Positions 55,933 to 63,242 of a DNA stretch of 64,000 nucleotides are shown one piece after another; position 1 is the stretch's first letter, and every line of letters starts with the position of its first letter. Under the pieces are notes generated by a model. That model was not told the origin of the DNA. It saw only the letters and a program-made list of their open reading frames with translations, and did no database searches. Both the position numbers and the translations under genes were made by a program. The stretch spans positions 97,254-161,253 of the forward strand of contig DXHR01000011.1 of NCBI GenBank assembly GCA_019113295.1. The letters run 5' to 3'. The DNA comes from Candidatus Salinicoccus stercoripullorum (lineage in GTDB: Bacteria; Bacillota; Bacilli; Staphylococcales; Salinicoccaceae).

Positions 55933-56880
55933 TTACTGCTCCTTCTCGTAAGCTTTAATAATTTTTGACACAAGCGGATGGCGCACGACATCTGATTCAT
56001 CCATCTTGTTGATTGCTATGCCTTTGACGCTGCCCAGCAATTTCACGGATTCCACCAGGCCGCTCTTGGTCGCTCCCGGCAGATCGATCTGTGTTTCATC
56101 ACCTGTCACGACCATCTTTGAGCCGAAGCCGAGACGGGTCAGGAACATTTTCATCTGCATCTCTGTCGTATTCTGTGCTTCATCCAGTATGACGAACGCC
56201 TCGTTCAGTGTCCGTCCGCGCATATAGGCAAGAGGTGCCACCTCTATCACACCACGCTCGATCAGGCGGTCTGTCTGTTCCACACCGAGAACTGTATGAA
56301 GGCCATCGTACAGTGGACGCAGATAGGGATCAACCTTCTCCTTCAGATCACCCGGCAGAAATCCGAGATTCTCGCCCGCCTCTACAGCCGGCCGCGTCAG
56401 TACAATGCGTTTCACATCGTTTTCACGCAGCATCTGACATGCAAATACAACTGCCAGGAAAGTCTTTCCAGTACCGGCGGGACCAATACCGAATGTCAGA
56501 TCGTTCTTTTTGATATTTTCAATATAGAGCCGTTGCCCTGTTGTTTTTGCCCGGATGCCTTTGCCTTTTACGTCCCGTGCAATTTCCTCATTATAGAGAT
56601 CGGCAAGATACTCGATTGTACCCTTCCTTGCCATCATCGCAGCAGACTGTACATCACGCAGATTGACCGTCATACCCTGCCGGATGATTTTCAGAAGATT
56701 GATCAGCACATCCTCGGCGAGTTCAACGTCCTCATTCTCCCCGCCGCTTACAGTGATCTCATTGCCGAGCGTATGGATGGTGACACCGAACTCCTCCTCC
56801 AGATAAGTAATATGCCGGTCATTGGCACCAATCAGTGCCTGTGCCTCATCAAGGCTGTCTATACTAATGATATTAGGCAT
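55933..56880 (-). CDS. phoH: PhoH family ATPase
   Basis: GPAGTGKT, RPAVEAGENLGFLPG, YMRGRTL, DEAQN, GDETQIDL. Confidence 0.96.
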   Translation of the reverse strand: MPNIISIDSLDEAQALIGANDRHITYLEEEFGVTIHTLGNEITVSGGENEDVELAEDVLINLLKIIRQGMTVNLRDVQSAAMMARKGTIEYLADLYNEEIARDVKGKGIRAKTTGQRLYIENIKKNDLTFGIGPAGTGKTFLAVVFACQMLRENDVKRIVLTRPAVEAGENLGFLPGDLKEKVDPYLRPLYDGLHTVLGVEQTDRLIERGVIEVAPLAYMRGRTLNEAFVILDEAQNTTEMQMKMFLTRLGFGSKMVVTGDETQIDLPGATKSGLVESVKLLGSVKGIAINKMDESDVVRHPLVSKIIKAYEKEQ

Positions 56881-56915
56881 TCATAAACCCCTTTTTCTTA
56901 GTCTCTTTCAATCTA

Positions 56916-56944
56916 AATTTACCACTAAGCACCGGCCACTGCAA
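56916..56944 (-). promoter_or_regulatory. Promoter candidate for phoH-ybeY-dgkA-cdd-era-recO
   Basis: TTGCAG-17 bp-TAAATT with an extended TG. Confidence 0.55.
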
Positions 56945-56978
56945 TGAATTACTACAATGAAAAAGTTGATGAAAACCA

Positions 56979-57326
56979 TCACTCAGCCGCTTTCCGGAAA
57001 GTATTTACGCGCCTCACGACATTTTTCCCCGCACTTTTGAAAGTGATAAAAATCCCCGTCTCAAGAAGTGTCCCGTCTTCAAAGTGCAGGATGCATTCCA
57101 TTGCTGCCTCCTTGCCGTGGGTGATGATGCTGTGCATCACTATCTTATCAATGCCGGCGGGAATATCCGGCAGCTGTGTTTCCTCCATGACAGCTTCGTT
57201 CAAAAACATCTCGTCCTTCTCAAGCACTGCTGCAACAGCTTCGACAAGGAAAAACTTCCTTGGTGCATTGCCACACCCTGCCGGATACTCGATGACAATA
57301 CCATTTGCTGTTTTTATTGTTTCCAT
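56979..57326 (-). CDS. Hypothetical protein, probable NTF2/SnoaL-like fold
   Basis: GAGAGGG RBS; CGNAPRK and IITHGKEAA motifs that I associate with an uncharacterised NTF2-like family. Confidence 0.6.
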   Translation of the reverse strand: METIKTANGIVIEYPAGCGNAPRKFFLVEAVAAVLEKDEMFLNEAVMEETQLPDIPAGIDKIVMHSIITHGKEAAMECILHFEDGTLLETGIFITFKSAGKNVVRRVNTFRKAAE

Positions 57327-57598
57327 GACAAATCCCCTCTCTTCGTATTTATACTTATCTCCCTACAGTCCATCCGCCGTCTGCCTTCATGCGAGCGCCC
57401 TGAACACAGCCACAGTCATCAAAAGCTAAAAAGACAGCAGCCGTCCCGCTGGTTACGGAGGAAGTTTTCCCTTCTGATCTTCCCATGTATGAAACTTCTT
57501 TCAATCATTGTCCAGTTCCTCTACCTTTTTTCTTTCATGCTTAAACGGATTGAAAGGTTTTATGGTGTCAGGAAGGGGAATCATAGGAATATATGATT

Positions 57599-57613
57599 TT
57601 ATAATACTTATAA
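57599..57613. promoter_or_regulatory. PerR-box-like palindrome upstream of the flavodoxin-like gene
   Basis: TTATAATACTTATAA versus TTATAATNATTATAA (one mismatch); overlaps TATAAT and abuts the RBS. Confidence 0.4.
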
Positions 57614-57626
57614 AGGAGATTTTTAT

Positions 57627-58247
57627 ATGGCATTAAAAGCTCTATATTTGAATACATCTTTGAAGCATGGTGATGACCAGTCGAACACTGAGGCGCTCAT
57701 GAGGAAATCGATGGACATACTGGACGGGGAAGATGTGGAAAATGAACTTCTAAGAATTTCCGACTATAACATCAAGGTCGGGATGAGCGGGGATATGGGC
57801 GAAGGTGATGAGTGGCCGATGATTTACAAAAAGATTATCGATGCTGATATTCTTGTCATAGGGACCCCGATATGGAATGGACAGAAAAGCAGTCTCGCTG
57901 CACTCGTGATGGAGAGGATCTACTCCCAGAGCAGTGAGACTATGGAAAACGGGCAGTCGAAGTATTACAATAAAGTGTTCGGCACGGTCGTGACGGGGAA
58001 TGAGGACGGTGCCAAAAGCGCCGGCGGAACCATACAGTCGAGAATGGCCAACCTGGGTTTCACCATTCCCCCGAATACAAATGCATACTGGGTCGGGGAT
58101 GCCGGTCCGGGACCGTCATATATCGAAGCCGGACAGGAAAATGAATTTACCATCAGACAGACAGACATGCTCAGCCACAACCTTGTGCATATGGCAAGAA
58201 TACTGAAGGACACACCAATTCCGCCGGTCGGCAATACATTGGAATAG
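57627..58247 (+). CDS. Flavodoxin-fold NAD(P)H-dependent FMN reductase / WrbA-like protein
   Basis: LNTSLK...SNT phosphate loop, ADILVIGTPIWNG, VVTGNEDG; AAGGAG RBS. Confidence 0.85.
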   Translation: MALKALYLNTSLKHGDDQSNTEALMRKSMDILDGEDVENELLRISDYNIKVGMSGDMGEGDEWPMIYKKIIDADILVIGTPIWNGQKSSLAALVMERIYSQSSETMENGQSKYYNKVFGTVVTGNEDGAKSAGGTIQSRMANLGFTIPPNTNAYWVGDAGPGPSYIEAGQENEFTIRQTDMLSHNLVHMARILKDTPIPPVGNTLE

Positions 58248-58264
58248 GCTGCCCGCTCCTCCAC

Positions 58265-58308
58265 TTCATAAAGAAACACGGGTTTTGCAACCCGTGTTTC
58301 TTTATGAA
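58265..58308. terminator. Bidirectional terminator, 20-bp stem
   Basis: TTCATAAAGAAACACGGGTT-ttgc-AACCCGTGTTTCTTTATGAA. Confidence 0.85.
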
Positions 58309-58646
58309 TCAATGGAATCATCGTAGGCCTGCAGTGCCTTGCCGCCGTAGACACTGCCCGGGCCTCCGCCCATGACAATGGCGACAGCAGCAATCTCGGC
58401 GATTTCTTCCCGTGTTGCCCCAAGTCTGATGAGTTTATTGACATGGTTGCCGATGCAGCCTTCACATTTATCTGCAATGGCATATGTCAGAGCAGCAAAT
58501 TCCTTGGTTTTTTCATCCAGTGCCCCTGCCTTATATGCTGAATCCTGAAGGGCTTTGAAGCTTTTCATCGTATCCGGAATCGTCTTCTGCAGCCTTTTTG
58601 TATTCCCCTGTGCCGCCAGATTGATGTCTTTGAAATTACCTGACAT
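58302..58646 (-). CDS. AhpD-like / carboxymuconolactone decarboxylase family protein
   Basis: GALDEKTKE, CEGCIGNH (CxxC..H), GATREEIAE, MGGGP. Confidence 0.88.
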   Translation of the reverse strand: MSGNFKDINLAAQGNTKRLQKTIPDTMKSFKALQDSAYKAGALDEKTKEFAALTYAIADKCEGCIGNHVNKLIRLGATREEIAEIAAVAIVMGGGPGSVYGGKALQAYDDSIDS

Positions 58647-58689
58647 TATAACCGCCCTTTCTGTGCTTCTTATAATAATACTATATCAG

Positions 58690-59082
58690 TTAAGTGAAAT
58701 ATTTTGCATCCCAGCGCTCGGGCATCAGTTCATTCAGTTCTGCTGTGCGATTGTCTGGCAGTCCGACCTCACAATGATAATTATCCTCTCCGACCTGGTT
58801 GATCAGCTCCCTGCACCGTCCGCATGGCGGTAATACTTCACCGGTTTCATAGACAGCTATGATCTTAACAATTTTATATTCACCGTCTGTCACCATGGAA
58901 GCGATCGCTGAATGTTCCGCACAAAATCCGATTGACGACGGCAGGTCGAGGGCTACACCCGTATAGATATTCCCCCTGTCCGTGACCAGCGCCGCAGCGA
59001 CATGGCCCATCTTGCCGTTGCGTGATGTTCTGACTGTATAAAGTTTGGCCTTCGCTGTTTCGTAGAGTTCCTCCATATCCAT
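58690..59082 (-). CDS. Second cytidine-deaminase-family protein (blasticidin-S-deaminase-like)
   Basis: HVAAALVT..GNIYTG, FCAEHSAI, PPCGRCRE Zn motifs, ELMP. Confidence 0.85.
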   Translation of the reverse strand: MDMEELYETAKAKLYTVRTSRNGKMGHVAAALVTDRGNIYTGVALDLPSSIGFCAEHSAIASMVTDGEYKIVKIIAVYETGEVLPPCGRCRELINQVGEDNYHCEVGLPDNRTAELNELMPERWDAKYFT

Positions 59083-59181
59083 AAGCCTGCACCTCTCATC
59101 AATGTTACTGTCTAATCATAGCATTAACCTAAAAATATCTTTTCAATATACATAAAGCACCCGTGCAGGGTGGTTAAGGAA

Positions 59182-59388
59182 TTATTCTCTGTTACTGGTA
59201 ATCTCTTCTTTCTTTTTCTGTATCTCGGTTTTGCGCAGTGTCCGATAATTCTGCATTGCTGCAGATAGCCCGAGCAGTGCTACAATCAGCTGTGCCCACC
59301 ACGCCGTATCAATAACCGTATTGGAAAGTATGAGATAGACAACGAGTATCAACACAAGAATTTTTATATTGCGCCTTGCCTTATCCAT
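59182..59388 (-). CDS. Small hypothetical membrane protein (two TM helices)
   Basis: 68 aa from MDKARRN; start overlaps the stop of the upstream gene. Confidence 0.6.
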   Translation of the reverse strand: MDKARRNIKILVLILVVYLILSNTVIDTAWWAQLIVALLGLSAAMQNYRTLRKTEIQKKKEEITSNRE

Positions 59389-59695
59389 AGGGGCTGTTTC
59401 TCCATGTCTCCTCTTCACATGCAAGTTCCAGTGTGAAGAGATGTATGAATGTCAGAGCAATGAATGCTGCAGAAAATACCACGGCAATTATCGGGAATGA
59501 AAAATCGAAGAATGCTGGTATCAGTAAAAGAAGCGGAATGATCAGTGTCGCCAGCATGCTTCTTTGCCTGTAATCCTTCGACAAGTATTGTGTTTTGCTG
59601 CAGTGCGGGCAGTCCATTCCGATCTCCAGTGTAATGTATCTTTTCAAAATGGCATTTACCGGCCATACTTGTTCACAGTTTTTGCATTTAACCAA
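59381..59695 (-). CDS. CxxC-x~20-CxxC zinc-ribbon membrane protein (TIGR04104-like)
   Basis: CKNC...CPHC..QY followed by two TM helices; TTG start after AAGGAG. Confidence 0.75.
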   Translation of the reverse strand: MVKCKNCEQVWPVNAILKRYITLEIGMDCPHCSKTQYLSKDYRQRSMLATLIIPLLLLIPAFFDFSFPIIAVVFSAAFIALTFIHLFTLELACEEETWRNSPYG

Positions 59696-59728
59696 AGTGT
59701 TCTCTCCTTAAAATAAGTGTCTACTTTG

Positions 59729-59911
59729 CTATGCTATAAATTTTGTAAATAGAAAGTATAACACATATATTCCGGCTGTGAATATAGAAACTATCCAAAT
59801 ATACAGAATAATCCTGTTGAATTCTTTTTTGTTCCCGACCAGGTAGATGAATGCTGTTGCAATGATTGGAAACATCAGAATCATGAATATGACCATGAAT
59901 ACAATACTCAT
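59729..59911 (-). CDS. Small hypothetical membrane protein (60 aa, two TM helices)
   Basis: GAAGGAG RBS 25 nt after the topB stop; hydrophobic hairpin. Confidence 0.6.
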   Translation of the reverse strand: MSIVFMVIFMILMFPIIATAFIYLVGNKKEFNRIILYIWIVSIFTAGIYVLYFLFTKFIA

Positions 59912-59936
59912 ACCATCTGCTCCTTCAACATTACAC

Positions 59937-62117
59937 TTATTTATCCAGGTTCAGAGCTTTGAGCTGTTCTGCGAGGGCGTTGTTGATCGGTTCGTCTTCC
60001 TCCTGATTTTTAAGGTATTTATTGACCGTGCGTTTATCCACCCTGCCTCTGCCCTCTTTTTTGCGGCGTGCTTCGAACGCCGAGAGCTTTTCACGGTACC
60101 CGCATCTGCATGTGAATATCTGCCCGTCCCCTTCGCCGCTCAGCATCATTTTCTTTTTACATTTCGGACATCTTGCATTTGTCGTCTTTGCCACGTTTTT
60201 ACGGTGTCCGCATTCCCGATCCTGGCACACAAGCATTTTGCCCCGCTTGCCATTCACTTCAAGAAGTGGTTTTCCGCAGTCCGGACATGTTTTACCGGAG
60301 ATATTGTCATGTTTATATTTTTTATTGCTTCTTTTTATTTCCGCAGTGATTTTCTTCGTATGCTCTTTCATCTCTTCGATGAAGACATCTTTTTCCAGAT
60401 TGCCTCTGGCAATATCCTCGAGCTTCTGTTCCCATATGGCGGTTGTAGCAGTAGATCTGAGGGCTTCCGGCACCAAATCCAGCAGCTGTCTGCCTTTGGA
60501 AGTGATTCTGATCTGCTGTCCCTGGCGCTCCACCGTGAACGAATTGAAGAGTTTGTCTATGATATCTGCACGTGTTGCCACAGTTCCGAGACCCCCTGTC
60601 GACTGGAGTGTTTCTTTCAGTTTCCGGTCATGAACCTCCACACATTTAGACGGGTCCTCCATCGCTGACAAGAGGGTCGCCTCTGTGAACCTTGCGGGCG
60701 GTTTCGTCTGACCGGCGGTCCGTGTGACATTCTGTACTTTAAGCACATCACCGGGTTTTAAATCCGGCAGCTGCTGGTCCAACACATCATTTTCTTCACT
60801 GTCATCAAATTTGTTTGCATAGGCTTCCTTCCAGCCATTTTTCTTGACTGTTTTGCCTCGGGCTGTAAATGACTCCGCTCCCATTGACGAAGTAACTGTA
60901 GTCTGTTCGTACTCATGTGCGGGCAGAAGTACTGCAAGGAACCTTTTGACGATCAGATCATAGATCCTCCGCTCCCGCTCACTGAAGTCCGAAGGATGTA
61001 CATGGTTTTCCGTCGGTATTATAGCATGGTGGTCGCTGACTTTTTTATCATCGACAAATGAATTATTCCCCTGGATCTTATGTCTCAGGATTTTCGCTGC
61101 CGTACTTCTGTACTCCCCTATGCCGCAGGCCTTAAGCCGTTCGGGTATTGTGGAGACGATGTCATTGGACAGGTATCTTGAATCCGTCCTTGGATAAGTC
61201 ACCACTTTATGCCTTTCATAGAGATTCTGCATTACATTCAATGTCTCTTTGGCGGAAAGGCCGAACTGTTTGTTCGCATCCCGCTGCAGTTCCGTCAGGT
61301 CATACAGCGATGGTGCATAGCTCCGCTTCGCTTTCTTCTTTACATCCGTCACTTTCATCTGTTCATTCCCGATCTTCCGGATGATGGAATCAATTTTTTC
61401 GCCATCAAAACTGCGGCTGCCCTTGTCATTCCGCCACGTGAACCTGACCGAGTCCGTAGATGCTTCTATACCGTAATAGGTCTTTATTTTGAAGTTCCTG
61501 ATTTCATTTTCCCGCTGTTCAATCATTGCAAGGGTCGGTGTCTGGACACGTCCGCAGTTCAGCTGGGCATTGAACTTGGTTGTCAGGGCCCTTGAAGCAT
61601 TGAGTCCGATATACCAGTCTGCTTCAGAACGGGCGACGGCTGCCCGGTACAGGTTCTCATAATTTCTGCCCGGCTTCAGACGGTTGAAACCTTCTTTGAT
61701 TGCTTTATCCGTAACTGAAGAGATCCACAGGCGTTCGATCGGTTTATGGACTTTCGCTTTATCTATAATCCACCTGGCAACCAGTTCTCCTTCCCGGCCG
61801 GCATCAGTGGCAATGATGATTCTGTCCACATCTTTTCGGATGAGCTGTGATTTTACTGCATTGAACTGCTTGCCTGATTTCTTGATCACTGTCAGCTTTA
61901 ACGGTTCCGGAAGCATCGGCAGATCTTCAAGTTTCCACTGTTTGTACTTATTATCGTAACTTTCCGGATCTGCCAGTGTGATCAGGTGGCCGAGTGCCCA
62001 AGTCACTATGTACTTATCCCCTTCAATATATCCATTCCCTTTTCTATGACACTTCAGCACACCTGCAATATCACGTGCAACCGAAGGTTTTTCAGCCAAT
62101 ACTACGCTTTTCGCCAA
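59937..62117 (-). CDS. topB: DNA topoisomerase III
   Basis: AEKPSVA, ATDAGREGELV, GRVQTPT, TYPRTD catalytic Tyr, DHHAIIPT, C-terminal Zn ribbons; TTG start. Confidence 0.96.
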   Translation of the reverse strand: MAKSVVLAEKPSVARDIAGVLKCHRKGNGYIEGDKYIVTWALGHLITLADPESYDNKYKQWKLEDLPMLPEPLKLTVIKKSGKQFNAVKSQLIRKDVDRIIIATDAGREGELVARWIIDKAKVHKPIERLWISSVTDKAIKEGFNRLKPGRNYENLYRAAVARSEADWYIGLNASRALTTKFNAQLNCGRVQTPTLAMIEQRENEIRNFKIKTYYGIEASTDSVRFTWRNDKGSRSFDGEKIDSIIRKIGNEQMKVTDVKKKAKRSYAPSLYDLTELQRDANKQFGLSAKETLNVMQNLYERHKVVTYPRTDSRYLSNDIVSTIPERLKACGIGEYRSTAAKILRHKIQGNNSFVDDKKVSDHHAIIPTENHVHPSDFSERERRIYDLIVKRFLAVLLPAHEYEQTTVTSSMGAESFTARGKTVKKNGWKEAYANKFDDSEENDVLDQQLPDLKPGDVLKVQNVTRTAGQTKPPARFTEATLLSAMEDPSKCVEVHDRKLKETLQSTGGLGTVATRADIIDKLFNSFTVERQGQQIRITSKGRQLLDLVPEALRSTATTAIWEQKLEDIARGNLEKDVFIEEMKEHTKKITAEIKRSNKKYKHDNISGKTCPDCGKPLLEVNGKRGKMLVCQDRECGHRKNVAKTTNARCPKCKKKMMLSGEGDGQIFTCRCGYREKLSAFEARRKKEGRGRVDKRTVNKYLKNQEEDEPINNALAEQLKALNLDK

Positions 62118-62169
62118 TATTATCATCCTTTCGCATACTCTGACAGTATACACCATTTATATCAGAGAG

Positions 62170-62199
62170 AAAATGCCGGGGACAGACAGTCCCCGGCAT
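62170..62199 (-). terminator. Terminator after the GNAT gene
   Basis: ATGCCGGGGAC-agaca-GTCCCCGGCAT with A-run. Confidence 0.7.
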
Positions 62200-62206
62200 C
62201 ACTGAT

Positions 62207-62479
62207 TTATTTGAGCAGTTGTTTATGATCATTATCTTTTTCCATCACACTTCTGGCAAAAGGGCATTCCGCCTTTATCTTCTTATCTTCCTGACGGGCG
62301 AAGTCGACCATCGTATCCACAAGTCTTTTTCCCGCCCCCTGTCCGCTGAGACTGTCTTGCACTTCCGTATGTTTGATCACATAGTCCCCGTCTTTATCAA
62401 AGTCAAAGACAAGTTCTCCTTCCGGGTTGAGTTCATCCTCGCCGATGAAAAATTTATTATCGCCTTTTTTAATATCCAA
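62207..62479 (-). CDS. Small GNAT acetyltransferase (YjdJ-like)
   Basis: IKHTEVQDSLSGQGAGKRLV, KIKAECPFA. Confidence 0.88.
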   Translation of the reverse strand: MDIKKGDNKFFIGEDELNPEGELVFDFDKDGDYVIKHTEVQDSLSGQGAGKRLVDTMVDFARQEDKKIKAECPFARSVMEKDNDHKQLLK

Positions 62480-62657
62480 TCTGCTTCCTCCTCATAATCT
62501 GGATCATCGATTACTGGTCTATTTACCTAATTCCTCCATTTCAAACATAAACAATCCAGTATTAATTGTTACCGCTTTCCACTTTATTGAGATAATGATA
62601 TGCTATACGTGTAAAAAGTTAATAAAATTGGAAGGCTCACATTAAAAACAGAGGGGG

Positions 62658-63242
62658 ATGATGTGGATGAATCATACGATTGAAGAAAGAGTGGAAAACG
62701 TATTTCAGCAGACGTATTATGATCCGGATCAGAATTTGAGGGAACAGGCAGACGGGGATATGAAAGTATTGGATGTCATATTCTGCCTCGAGGAACAGCT
62801 GGAGCAGGAGCAGTTGTCGATTGATGAGGCACTGTTCGCAACCGAATCACTGGGTAACCTCTACAGGATAATAAACAAGCCGGATGAATCGGTCCATTAT
62901 CATTCAGAGAACCTGCGCTTGATACCAGATGATGAACAAAAACAGGTTCCCGCTTTTATTAACCTTGGTGTGAGCTATATATATGGCGATGAATTCAAAA
63001 AAGCACTGCTGTGTTTCGAAAAAGCTGAAACAATTATCAACAGGAACGAGTATGGTCAATATTCAGGGATACTCGAGTATCAGCGTGGAAAATGCTACAT
63101 GGAAATGCGGCATTACATCTGGGCGAAAGCAGCTTTCGATATTGCCCGGAAATCCTCATTTCAAAAAAATGATCCGGTTTTGGCCGGATCAGCAACTGAA
63201 GCTTTGGAATTTTGTGAAGATAAAATTAATACCCAGGTATGA
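62658..63242 (+). CDS. Tetratricopeptide-repeat protein of unknown function
   Basis: GAGGGG RBS; LGNLYR, LGVSY..GDEFKKALLCFEKA, RGKCYMEM TPR-like helices. Confidence 0.75.
   Translation: MMWMNHTIEERVENVFQQTYYDPDQNLREQADGDMKVLDVIFCLEEQLEQEQLSIDEALFATESLGNLYRIINKPDESVHYHSENLRLIPDDEQKQVPAFINLGVSYIYGDEFKKALLCFEKAETIINRNEYGQYSGILEYQRGKCYMEMRHYIWAKAAFDIARKSSFQKNDPVLAGSATEALEFCEDKINTQV

Noticed and set aside
59847-60668. 273-aa plus-strand ORF opposite the topB 3' end
   Set aside because: Shadow frame; the F/L-rich composition mirrors Lys/Glu codons on the coding strand.
59937-62117. topB as a marker of a conjugative element or ICE
   Set aside because: The sequence resembles the chromosomal Bacillales TopB with Zn-ribbon tail; no relaxase, T4SS, integrase or ssb nearby.
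62591-62609. GATAATGATA Fur-box-like half-site upstream of the TPR gene
   Set aside because: Only the left half matches (13/19, no dyad); more likely part of an AT-rich promoter.
62480-63242. TPR protein as a Rap/RRNPP quorum-sensing receptor
   Set aside because: Too short, no HTH or Rap N-terminal bundle evident, and no adjacent signal-peptide-bearing pro-peptide ORF found.
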